64,000 nt of DNA, taken from NCBI RefSeq assembly GCF_009914755.1, contig NC_060925.1; one strand, written 5' to 3'. The notes beneath the pieces were generated by a model. The model did no database searches. It was not told where the DNA came from and was given only the letters and a program-made list of their open reading frames with translations. Of this stretch, positions 41,741 to 54,179 are shown in pieces. How positions within the stretch are numbered: position 1 is the first letter of the stretch; each line of letters starts with the position of its first letter. The translations under genes and the position numbers were made by a program. The stretch comes from the human T2T-CHM13v2.0 reference genome, Homo sapiens.

Positions 41741-42651
41741 GTGGAATCAATTGTGATAACTACAACCATGTAGTGAGGCATGAACATTTTTAGAGTATTG
41801 TCATAACAGGTTTCAAACAATATTTACTTCATTATGAAAAATCATGTTTAGTGTTTGAAAATAGAAATTTTATGTTTTTGCCAACTATCAAATAACGTTT
41901 CTTATAATTTATTCTAAAATCTTTGATGAATGTTTCCTTCTAAATGACTTTTAAGCTTAAAGAACAAATTATCAGAAAGATAAACATCTTAATTTGAAGG
42001 CCAGTAGTTTTCATTTATTGAGTATGCTATAAATGATATAGGAAGTTAGTGAAGATATTATATATGTAATTTTAGAATTAAGTAGTTTCTTCATAATTCT
42101 CTGGGAGGTATATGGTTATGCCTATTTCAGAATCTACCTGAAGCAATATTGTCAAAGCAGCACTGTGTAAAGAAAGCCTACTGGTGTTAAGGCAGAAACA
42201 GTGTAGTCTATTTCTTAGTGAAGGGTCAAAAAATCTGAGTTCTAGATATGGATTTGTTGTATTCTTGTTCTATGACTCTAAGCAAGTTTCTAAACCTTTT
42301 AACAAAAAAAAAAATTCTCAACAATGTCTTATTATGGTACTGTCTTATCATTAGACCCAAATGAAAGTAGATGTAGTTTTAATGTTTTAAGAACTATACA
42401 AATTTAAAGAAAACTAAATACTAATCAAAGCATAATAATTGAGGAATATCAATGCATTTGTTTATCGAACTATTCTTACAATGGAAACAAGGTAGAAAAA
42501 AATATTGTTAATAGCTGTTTTGACTACCCTTGATTTTTTTAAGGTATATTCTGAACAGGCTGGAGAATTTCATTTTCTTGACAGAATAGGTGGTTCTATG
42601 TTAAACACAACATGAAGAAAAAATAAATGTACTTAAAAAGAGGTTGTAGAA

Positions 42652-42875
42652 GGACTAGGCATGGTGGCTTGCGTCTGTAATCCCAACACTTCAGGAGGCA
42701 GAGACTGGTGGATTGTTAAGTCCGTGAGTGCAAGACCAGCCTGGAAAACATGGTGAGACCCTGTCACTCCAAACAAACAAACAAACAAACAAAAACAATA
42801 GCCATGTGTGGTGGCATGCACCTGTAGTCTCAGCTACTAGGGAGGCTGAAGTGGAAGGATTACTTGAGCCCAGGA
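42652..42875 (+). mobile_element. AluJ, 3'-truncated, with (CAAA)n linker
   Basis: Left arm plus partial right arm ending ggattacttgagcccagga. Confidence 0.88.
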
Positions 42876-43612
42876 CGCAAAGCCAAAGGAAACGTACAGG
42901 GTGACATAATATAATAAGAGGCCTACATCTATAGGCAGAGATGGAACAAAGTTGTCTGTGAAGGAAGACCACAGAGACACTTCGTTTTCTTCATGCTGAT
43001 AGCTCTCCATATGAAAAATAATTGGACCCATATGTATCCACCCAATTAATGTACCATTTTACAGTACAATTCTACACATCTTTAATTTCCCATATAAAAA
43101 TTATTATTGTTGTTGTTTTATATCCCTAGTTTTGTTTTATTTTACCAATATTTTTTGCCAATCTTTAGGCTTAATATATTTCTCTGAATTTCAGCTCTTA
43201 CTTCATTTCCATATTAACTCTGATTTTTTTTAAATTTTGCATCATTGCTTTTGACAAAGACATTAGATAGATGGTTCCTCACATAAAATTTATTTTAAAT
43301 GTTTTGACATAATTATAGATTCCCAAGAGACTGCGAAAAACTATGGGCAGGGATGTTTCATGTACCTTCTTACCATTTCCCCAGTACTGTATTCTGTATG
43401 ATTGAAATGTTTTCTGATGATTTAAAAGTCTTACATCCTAGCTTTTTTAGTTGTCCTTTATTTTACATTTGCACTTTTCAAATCTATTTTTCTAACAAAT
43501 TTAAAAATTATTCACTCTTCTCTTGTCTTGAACAAAATAAAACCTTTGAATGCAATACCATCTTCTTAATCCCTTTCTTATTTTCTTCATTACAGTCAAA
43601 CCTGTTAGCTTC

Positions 43613-43789
43613 TATTTATTTATTTATTTAGAGACAGAGTCTCGTTCTGTCGCCCAGGCTGGAGTGCAGTGGTGTGATCTCAGCTGTGCAACCTCCGCCT
43701 CCCAGTTTCAAGCGATTCTCCTGCCTCAGCCTCCCGAGTACCTTGGACTATATGCACGTGCTGCCACCATGCCAGGTGAAATTTTGTAT
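43613..43789 (-). mobile_element. Alu right monomer only (AluS-like), joined directly to the L1 3' end
   Basis: (TTTA)n tail, gagacagagtctcg…, ends at the central linker aaattttgtat. Confidence 0.9.
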
Positions 43790-44018
43790 ATATATAAATA
43801 TTTTACATACTTTAAGTTCTATGTACATACACGTGCACAATGTGCAAGTTTGTTACATAGGTACGCATGTGCCATGTTGGTTTGCTGCACCCATCAACTC
43901 ATCATTTATATTAGGTATTTCTCCTAATGCTATCCCTCCCCCAGCCCCCCACCCCCTGAGAGGCCCCCACACACAGGTGTGTGATGTTCCCTGCCCTGTG
44001 TCTAAGTGTTCTCATTGT

Positions 44019-47000
44019 TCAGTTCCCATCTATGAATGAGAACATGCGGTGTTTGGTTTTCTGTCCTTGTGATAGTTTGCTCAGAATGATGGTTTCTAGC
44101 TACATCCATGTCCCTATAAAGGACATGAACTCATCCTTTTTTATAGCTGCATAGTATTCCATGGTGTATATGTGCCACATTTTCTTAATCCAGTCTATCA
44201 TTGTTGGACATTTGGGTTGGTTCCAAGTCTGCTATTGTGAATAGTGCTGCAATAAACATATGTGTGCATGTGTCTTTATAGTAGCATGATTTATAATCCT
44301 TTGAGTATATACCCAGTAATGGGATCACTGGGTCAAATGGTATTTCTAGTTCTACATCCTTGAGGAATCGCCACACTGTCTTCCAAAATGGTTGAACTAA
44401 TTTACACTCCCACCAACAGTGTAAAAGTGTTCCTATTTCTCCACATCCTCTCCAGCATCTGTTGTTTCCTGACTTTTCAATGATTGCCATTTTAACTGGT
44501 GTGAGATGGTATCTCATTGTGGTTTTGATTTGCATCTCTCTGATGACCAGTGATGACAAGCATTTTTTCATGTGTCTATTGGCTGCATAAATGTCTTCTT
44601 TTGAGAAGTGTCTCTTCATATCCTTTGCCCACTTTTTGATGGGGTTGTTTTTTTTCTTGTAAATTTAAGTTATTTGTAGATTTTGGATATTAGCCCTTTG
44701 TCAGATGAGTAGATTGCAAAAATTTTCTCCCATTCTGTAGGTTGCCTGTTCACTTTGGTGGTAGTTTTTTTTTTTTGCCATGCAGGAGCCCTTTAATTTA
44801 ATTAGATCCCATTTGTCAATTTTGGCTTTTGTTGCCATTGCTTTTGGTGTTTTGGTCATGAAGTTGTTGCCCATGCCTATGTCCTGAATGGTATTGCCTA
44901 GGTTTTCTTCTAGGGCTTTTACGGTTTTAGGTCTAAAATCTAAGTCTTTAATCCACCTTGAATTAATTTTTGTATAAGGTGTAAGGAAGGGATCCAGTTT
45001 CAGCTTTCTACATATGGCTAGCCAGTTTTCCCAGCACCATTTAAGAAATAGGGAATCCTTTCCCCATTTCTTGTTTTTATCAGGTTTGTCAAAGATCAGA
45101 TGGTTGTAGGTGTGTGTTGTTATTTCAGAGGAGTCTTTTCTGTTCCATTGGTCTATATATCTGTTTTGGTACAAGTACCATGCTGTTTTGGTTACTGTAG
45201 CCTTGTAGTATAGTTTGAAATCAGGTGGTGTGAAGCCTCAAGCTTTGTTCTTTTTGGTTAGGATTGTCTTGTCAATGCAGGCTCTTTTTTGGTTCCATAT
45301 AAACTTTAATTTTTTTTTTTCAATTCTGTGAAGAAAGTCATTGGTAGCTTGAAGGGGATGGCATTGAATCTATAAATTACCTCGGGCAGTATGGCTATTT
45401 TCATGATATTGATTCTTCCTATCCATGAGCATGGAATGTTCTTCTATTTGTTTGTGTCCTCTTTTATTTCATTGAGCAATGGTTTATATTTCTCCTTGAA
45501 GAGATCCTTCACATCCTTGTAAATTGGATTCCTAGGTATTTTATTCTCTTTGTAGCAATTGTGAATAGGAGTTCACTCATGATTTGGCTCCCTGTTTGTC
45601 TGTTATTGGTGTATAGGAATGCTTGTGATTTTTGCACATTGATTTTGTATCCTGAGACTTTGCTGAAGTTGCTTATCAGCTTAAGGAGGTTTTGGGCTGA
45701 GATGATGGGGTATTCTAAATATACAATCATGTCATCTGCAAACAGGGACAATTTGACTTCCTCTTTTCCTAATTGAATACCCTTTATTTCTTTCTCTTGC
45801 CTGATTGCCCTGGCCTGAACTTCCAACACTATGTTGAATAGAAGTGGTGAGAGAGGGCATCCTTGTCTTGTGCTGGTTTTCAAAGGGAATGCTTCCAGTT
45901 TTTGCCCATTCAGTATGATATTGGCTGTTGGTCTGTCATAAATAGCTCCTATTATTTTGAGATACATTTCATCAATACCTAGTTTATTGAGAGTTTTTAT
46001 CTTGAAGGGCTGTTGAATTTTGTCGAAGGCCTTTTCTGCATATATTGAGATAATCATGTGGTTTTTGTCATTGGATCTGTTAATGTGATGGAATACGTTT
46101 ATTGATTTGCATATTTTGAACCAGCCTTGCATCCCAGGGATGAAGCCAACTTGATTGTGGTGGATAAGCTTTTTGATGTGCTGCTGGATTTGGCTTGCCA
46201 GTATTTTATTGAGGATTTTTGCATCAATTATCATCGGGGATATTGGTCTAAAATTCTTTTTTGTTGTGTCTCTGCCCGGCTTTGGTATAGGATGATGCTG
46301 ACCTCAAAAAGTGAGATAGGGAGGATTCCCTCTTTTTCTATTGATTGAAGTAGTTTCAGAAGGAATGGTACTAGCTCCTCTTTGTACCTCTGGTAGAATT
46401 TGGCTGTGAATCCATCTGGTCGTGGACTTTTTTCTTTTTAGGCTATTAATTATTGCCTTAATTTCAGAGCCTTTTATTGGTCTATTTAGAGATTCAACTT
46501 CTTCCTGGTTAAGTCTTGGGAGGGTGTATGTGTCGAGGAATTTATCCATTTCTTCCAGATTTTCTAGTTTATTTGTGTAGAGGTGTTTATAGTATTCTTT
46601 GCTGGTAGTTTGTATTTCTGTGGGATTGGTGGTGATATCCCCTTTATCATTTTTTATTGCATCTATTTGATTCTTCTCTCTTTTCTTCTTTATTAGTTTT
46701 GCTAGTGGTCTATCAATTTTGTTGATCTTTTCAAAAAGCCAGCTCCTGGATTCACTGATTTTTTTAAGGGTTTTTTTGTGTCTCCATCTCCTTCAGTTCT
46801 GCTCTGATCTTAGTTATTTCTTGCCTTCTGCTAGCTTTTGAATATTTTTGCTATTGCTTCTCTAGTTCTTTGAATATGATGTTAGGGTGTCAATTTTAGA
46901 TCTTTCCTGCTTTCTCCTGTGGGCATTTAGTGCTATACATTTCCATCTACACACTGCTTTAAATGTGTCCCAGAGATTCTGGTAAGTTGTGTCTTTGATC

Positions 47001-47692
47001 TCACTGGTTTCAAAGAACATCTTTATTTAGCCTTCATTTCATTATTTACCCAGTAGTCATTCAGGAGCAGGTTGTTCAGTTTCCATGTAGTTGTGCGGTT
47101 TTGAGTGAGTTTCTTAATCCTGAGATGTAATTTGATTGCACTGTGGTCTGAGAGACAGTTTGTTGTGATTTCTGTTCTTTCATGTTTGCTGAGGAGTGCT
47201 TTACTTCCAATTATGTAGTCAATTTTAGAATAAGTGCGATGTGGTGCTGAGAAGAATGTATATTCTGTTGATTTGGAGTGGAGAGTTCTGTGGATAGACT
47301 AAGGACTTGCTTTATGAATCTGGGTGCTCCTGTGTTGGGTGCATATATATTTAGGATAGTTAGCTCTTCTTGTTAAATTGATCCCTTTACCATTATGTCA
47401 TGGCCTTGTCTCTTTTGAGCCTTGTTGGTTTAAAGTCTGTTTTATCAGAGACTAGGATTGCAACCCCTGCTTTTTTTTTTTTTTTTTGCTTTACATTTGC
47501 TGGGTAGATCTTCCTCCATGCCTTTATTTTGAGCCTATGTGTGTCTCTGCACATGAGATGGGTCTCCTGAATACAGCACACTGATGGGTCTTGATGCTTT
47601 ATCCAATTTGCCAGTCTGTGTCTTTTCATTGGGGCATTTAGCCCATTTACATTTAAGGTTAATATTGTTATGTGTGAATTTGATCCTGTTAT
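44019..47692 (-). pseudogene. Disrupted L1 ORF2 (endonuclease/reverse transcriptase)
   Basis: Fragments include IQETHL (EN), [11 protein letters not shown] and FADDM (RT) and the C-terminal knuckle; start codon ATG>ATA; many frameshifts; deletion near 47297. Confidence 0.93.
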
Positions 47693-47755
47693 TAAGATGT
47701 TAGTTGGTTATTTTGCCCGTTAATTGAAGCAGTTTCTTCATAGCATCGATGGTCT

Positions 47756-48775
47756 TCACCATTTGGCATGTTTTTGTAGTGGCTGGTACTGGTTGTTCTT
47801 TTCCATGTTTTGTGCTTCCTTCAGGAGCTCTTGTAAGGCAGGCCTGGTGGTGACAAAATCTCTCAGCATTTGCTTGTCTGTAAAGGATTTTATTTCTCCT
47901 TCATTTATGAAGCTTAGTTTGGCTGGATATGAAATTCTGGGTTGAAAATTCTTTAAGAATCTAGAATATTGGCCCCCTCTCCTCTGGCTTGTAGAGTCTC
48001 TGCCAAGAGATCCGCTGTTAGTCTGACGGGCTTCCCTTTGTCGGTAACCTGACGTTTCTCTCTGGCTGCCCTTAACACTTTTTCCTTCATTTCATCCTTG
48101 GTGAATCTGACAATTATGTGTCTTGGGGTTGCTCTTCTCAAGGAGTATCTTTGTGGTGTTCTCTGTATTTCCTGAATTTGCATGTTGGCCTGCCTTGCTA
48201 GGTTGGGGAAGTTTTCCTGGACAATATACTGCAGAGTGTTTTCCAACTTGCTTCCATCCTCCCCATCACTTTCAGGCACACCAATCAAACACAGATTTGG
48301 CCTTTCCACATAGTCCCATATTTCTTGGAGGCTTTGTTCATTTCTTTTTGCTCTTTTTTCTCTAAACTTGTCTTCTCGCTTTATTTCATTAATTCAATCT
48401 TCAATCACTGATATCTTTTCTTCCACTTGATCAAATTGGCTACTGAAGCTTGTGCGTGTGTCACGAAGTTCTTGTGCCATGGTTTTCAGCTCCATCAAGT
48501 CATTTAACGTCTTCTTTACACTGTTTATTCTAGTTAGCCATTCGTCTAACCTTTTTTTCAAGGTTTTTAGCTTCCTTGTGATGGGTTAGAACATGCTCCT
48601 TTAGCTCGGAGAAGTTTGTTATTACCAACCTTCTGAAGCCTACTTCTGTCAACTCATCAAAGTCATTCTTCGTCCAGCTTTGTTCTGTTGCTGTCGAGGA
48701 GCTGCTATCCTTTCAAGGAGAAGAGATGCTCTGGTTTTTAGAATTTTCAGCTTTTCTGCTCTGGTTTCTCCCCAT
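47756..48775 (-). pseudogene. Disrupted L1 ORF1
   Basis: ATG at 48775 (atggggagaaaccag); fragment 47953-48309 RPNLCLIGVPE…ENFPNLARQ…TPRHIIVRFTK. Confidence 0.9.
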
Positions 48776-49798
48776 TTCTGTGGTTTTATCTACCTTTGGT
48801 GTTTGATGTTGGTGATCTACAGATGGGGTTTTGGTGTGGATGTCCTTTTTGTTGATGTTGATGCTATTCCTTTCTGTTTGTTAGTTTTTCTTCTAACAGC
48901 CAGGTCCCTCAGCTGCAGGTCTGTTGGAGTTTGCTGGAGGTCCACTCCAGACCCTGCTTGCCTGGGTATCACCAGTGGAGGCTGCGGAACAACAAATATT
49001 GCAGAACAGCAAGTGTTGCTGCCTGAGCCTTCCTCTGGAAGCTTCATCCCAGAGAGGCACCCTCCTATATGGGGTGTCTGTCCGCCCCTACTAGGAGGTC
49101 TCTCCCAGTTTGGCTACACGGGGGTCAGGGACCCACTTGAGGAGTTCTCAGAGCTCAAACACCATGCTGGGAGAACTACTGCTCTCTTCAGAGCTGTCAC
49201 ACAGGGACATTTAAGTCTGCAGAAGTTTCTGCTGCCTTTGTTAAGCTATGCCTCGCCCACAGAGGTGGAGTCTGTAGAGGCGGTAGGCCTTGCTGGGCTG
49301 CAGTGGGCTCCACCCAGTTTGCGCTTCCCGGCAGTTTTATTTACCTACTCAAGCCTCAGGAATGGTGGACTCCCATCCCCCTGCCCGGCTGCAGCCTCGC
49401 AGGTCAATCTCAGACTGCTGCACTAGCAGTGAGCAATGCCCATGGGCATTGGACCCATCGAGCCAGGCACAGAAGAGAATCTCCTGGTCTGTCGGTTGCT
49501 AAGACTATGGGAAAAGTGCAATATTTTGACGTGAGTGTCCCATTTTTCCAGGTACAGCCTGTCACGGCTTCCCTTGGCTAGGAAAGGGAAATCCCCTGAC
49601 CACTTGTGCTTCCCAGGTGAGGCGATGCCCCACCCTGCTTCGGCTCACCCTCCATGGGCTGCACCCACTGTCCAACCAGTCCCAATGAGAAGAACCAGGT
49701 ACCTCAGTTGGAAAAGCAGAAATCACCCGTCTTCTGCGTCTATCATGCTGGGAGCTGCACACCGGAGCTGTTCCTATTCAGCCATCTTAGACGAAGAG
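48776..49798. promoter_or_regulatory. L1 5' UTR: sense promoter (-) and antisense promoter/ORF0 region (+)
   Basis: GC-rich island in an AT-rich window; YY1-type core gccatctt at 49781-49788; ORF0-like ATG at 49362; activity untested. Confidence 0.65.
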
Positions 49799-49829
49799 TG
49801 TTAGTTTCAAATTATAAAACACATGCATA

Positions 49830-51200
49830 CACAATTGAGTTTATTATTTTTATAATCAAGTGTTAATTGGCTCTAATTATTTATTTGAATTATTTTCCTA
49901 TGTGCCCCTTTTCATCACATATTGTTTTCTTCTCCTTACTTGTGAGTTTATTTTTCCTACTAGTAAACTACATGCTTTAAAAATGTTTGCATTGAGAACA
50001 TAATTCTCTTAGCCTTTGTATACTTACAATATTTTAATTTTATTCTCACTCTTAAATAATATGGAGAATTCTAGGTTAACAGTTATTTTCCAATAACAGT
50101 CAGAAGATGTAATTTCATTGTCTTTTGGCATCTAGTACTGCTTATGAGAAAATTTTTAGTCAAATTTTGTTCCTTTTAAAAGAAGTAATTTTTTTTGTTT
50201 GAAACTCATTATTGCCAATATTTCAGTGTATAAAAATGAAGATTTCTTTCTTCCATCTTTCCTTCCTTTTTTTCCTTCCTTTTCAATTTCCTCTTTCCTC
50301 TTCCATTTTCTTTTTTTCTCTTTCTTTCTTTCCTTCTTTTCTTATATCATAATTATTGTTCACAGTGTGCATTCAATTTAAGCATTGTGTCTTCCTTTAG
50401 TAATGGGACATTCTCAACCATTATTTTATTTAGTGTTTCTTCTGTGCCTTTCTCTACATTTTCTAATTTGTAATCATCTGAAATTAAAGCTGTAATTTTA
50501 GTTTGTTCCTCACGTAACTTATTTTTAAAAAACCTTTATTTCTCTATGTGTGATTCAAGGAGTTCTATAATATAATCTTCCATTGCACTAATTCTCTCCT
50601 CTATTGTCTTCAGCATCTATTCTGAAGTAAAATTAATAAATTTTACTTTTATTAATTTAAGTGAATATATTAATTTTAGTGACTATAATTTGCCTTTTTA
50701 TAACTTATAATTAATTTTTGGTTTTATATATGCCTATTTTATATTAATGCTATGTTAATTAATTTCACATAATACTTTTATTTTTATTGACATAATTTTC
50801 ATATAGTGAAATGCACAGATCTTAAATGCTACAATCTGTGATGGTTTGACACATACTGAAATTTATACACATCCCTACCATGATGGAGAATATTTCCATC
50901 ATTCCAGAAAATTCTCTCATGCTTGATCCTACAAAACTAGTAAATGTTCTGATTTTTTCCATGATTTTTGCCTGTTCTAGAACTTTATATAAAAGGAGCC
51001 AATTATGTGTATCATCTTTTGCTTTGAATAATGCATTTCACTTAGAATAACTGTTTTCATTCATGTTTTACATGTATCATAAATTTATTAATTTTTATTG
51101 CTGAGTGACATTTTATGTTTTATTATATTAGTATCACATATTATGAACATATTTTTAATTCTTTCTCTTGTTCATGGAAATTTGACTTATTCAAGGTTTG
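49830..51200 (-). mobile_element. Ancient L1M/HAL1-type fragments (host of the L1PA6) with a CT-rich tract at ~50226-50345
   Basis: agaattctaggttaacagttattttc…ttcattgtcttttggcatctagtactgcttatgagaaa; gtgaaatgcacagatcttaa. Confidence 0.6.
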
Positions 51201-51204
51201 AAAT

Positions 51205-51710
51205 ATTGGGATATGACTATCCATGAATCACTCATATTTTCATATATCTAGTAATTAATGGTCAACTTGTTTTGGACTGTCCTTTAAAAAATGTTCGTAT
51301 AAGCACATCCCCATGGAAAATGAGACATTGATTCCACCTGGAACTGATTAATTTACTTTCCAGGGTAACACATATAGAGATATCTCTCTCTTCTTGGAGC
51401 AGAGTTACTTACATTGCGAAAAATAAAGGTAAAATCTCTCTCCAGTGGGGAAGAGGGACAGATTTACTTTCAGCCTCTGTATAAGATCAGGCTCCACTAA
51501 TCTCAAGGGTTTTCTCCTATAATACATCTTCACTGCATGTGCAGGCAACATCCGTCCCCATCAAATTACCCTGTGGGAATTGGCACTCAAAGAACTGGTG
51601 CCAAGATGTTACTCTTGCTGATTGTATTGCTGTAACAAACCATCTTTTCTTCTAACCAAGAGGTCTCATGTCTTTTTTCCAATGTATATGAACGTATGTA
51701 AGACTAACTG
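51205..51710 (+). mobile_element. ERVL LTR of the MER74/MER54 group
   Basis: ttgttttggactgtcctttaaaaaatgttcgtata, tatctctctcttcttggagcagag, ccctgtgggaattgg, accaagaggtctcatgtc. Confidence 0.55.
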
Positions 51711-52200
51711 CCCTTCATTATTCTTTGCACATTTCCTTACTTTGAAAAAAAGACATTCTAGGTTTATCTTTAATTTCCCTGTTTCATTCCTGAACTAACA
51801 TATTTCTCTAAGATATCCTTATTAGTTTTAGAGGAAACAGCTCCTCCAAATGAAAATTTGGTGCTAGATCCACTTATTGATAGAGAGACATGATTGCTTC
51901 TAGAACCTGTCAGCATAACAAGGTAAGAAATACATGTATTTGTATCTCTCTCACTATCTTTCTCACACACACATGCATATACACAAAGAAACACATGCAG
52001 GCCTATTTCTATAGCCATCTTTCTAAATAAATCAACCACCTGAGTTCACACTAAATTTCCAATCCCAATTAATCACCATACGGTTTATTCCAGGCTTCAT
52101 CCCTTTTCTGACCTATAATTTCCAGTAATCAGAAATCTGGTTCTCATTGTCTTAATTTGCTTAATCCCTTGTATATAGTTAAACTCCTAGTCATATAGGC
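51711..52200 (-). mobile_element. L1MC4-like 3' fragment
   Basis: atttctctaagatatcctt…ttttagaggaaa; gagttcacactaaatttccaatcccaat. Confidence 0.5.
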
Positions 52201-52850
52201 CATTTCTTCAGCCCAACCCAACTATCTCTGGAATTCCCGGCATATTACTTACCTGCAACTAAAAGTATTTAAAATAAAATGAAAAAGATAAAGGAACCTA
52301 TAACTTATTTTATCTTTTGAAGTTATCTATTTTTCCATTTCTTTTTAGTAAACAGTTTGAATAATATGTGTGTGCATACATGTATGATGGCAAGAACTAA
52401 ACAAAGTAGTTTTCTTTATTTGCTATGAAATTTTAATGGTATATACATTACAGTGTAAATTTTATTTTCAGTTTTTATTTTTGTAGCTTTTATTTTTATT
52501 ATCTTTTTTTCCTTCTCTTACTCATCTTTTCATATGTAATGGTTTTGTGCTTGATTCCTCAAAATTTTTAGAATAAAAAGACTTAAATATTAAAAAAATA
52601 CATAATCTTAGCCAATCTGCAAAAAAGAAGATTTATAAAATATAAATGTATTTCATATGATAATATGAAGCAACAATACTGAAAGTGCTATATAGGTATA
52701 GGCACTGCTTGCACAGTAATCTAAGCATTTGTTGTAAAACATTTCAATATTGGTTTGTTATTTTGTTAAAGATATTTATTAATTTCTGTAATAATGTCTT
52801 GTTCCATAAGATATATATTTATATTCATTCTTTAAATTAAACATACATAG

Positions 52851-53178
<328 letters not shown>

Positions 53179-54179
53179 CAGGAATTCTATTTTTTAATTT
53201 AAATTTTCTTGGTAATATTTTTTAACATCTGAGTATAGTAGTTCCAATACCTGAAATTGTGTGTATTTGGTTTTATACAAACTACAGCTCTCCTTTATTT
53301 ATAAACAATTCTGTTTCCTAAATGTTCCAGCTTTTTTTCCCTCACATTCAGAACTATTCCCAAGGTGTCTTCACAATGCTAAGGTAACTTGCTCAAGAGG
53401 AGATTGCTCAGCACATTCTGAACCTGAAATGATCAACCTCTCCCTCTTGGGCACTAGGCTCTGGAACTGAGCCCTGATTACTTAAAGAGACCTCTTTTTC
53501 CTTCTTCTTTTTTTTCTTTTTTTCAACCAAGAGTTCTTTCCTGGGAAACCTGGCGACCTTTTCTATTGGTTGATCTCAGCAGTATCACTTCATTCCATTA
53601 CAGAGGCTCTAAAAATATTGAAACCCCAAAATTGCTATGTAAATTTATTTATATTCTCCTTTATCCATTAAAAAAAATCTTGTTATTTTCTTCTCCAAAG
53701 GCAATTGGTGTTCACTTGCTTATAATTTATAACAGTAAATAGACTCATTGAGTGATTCTTTGCAAAAATATATTGCAAAATGATTAGATGTCCCCCACTC
53801 TTAATAGAGAAATGTATAGCAAAGATTCAATGTTAGCTATTCTCGGAAGGAAGAATGAAAAGGAGAGATGAATAAATATTAACTTATGCCTTACTTAACC
53901 CTCACTACTTTAGAAGGAATTATACAGAAAAAATTCAGTGATGTGCACTAAAAATAAAGCGCCTCTAAACAGAAGAAAGAGAACACTCAATTTATTTTCC
54001 TTTTTTCCACAAATAATGCCCCATGACCTCACATTTTGTCCCAAATGTGCACAGGACCACCCACACATAAATCTCTTTCTCTCTTTTAGGGATGGTGCCC
54101 ATGCACCATCCCTAGGTAAGACTTTAGCTGTTGTTCTGGTTAGGTTTTCAGCCAACCAAATGAAAACTAAACAGCAATG

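Larger units (their letters stand above)
43790..49798 (-). mobile_element. Full-length (~6.0 kb) inactive LINE-1, L1PA6-like
   Basis: 5' UTR (…ctattcagccatctt), ORF1, ORF2 and 3' UTR all present; 3' UTR motif gtttgctgcacccatcaactc…aggtatttctcctaatgc. Confidence 0.93.

Noticed and set aside
48680-49426. 248-aa + strand ORF
   Set aside because: Antisense frame across the GC-rich L1 5' UTR/ORF1 start with a non-ATG (TTG) start; such frames are common in L1 copies.
50625-50648. 10-bp hairpin AAGTAAAATT-aata-AATTTTACTT
   Set aside because: Almost entirely A/T in low-complexity sequence; likely chance.
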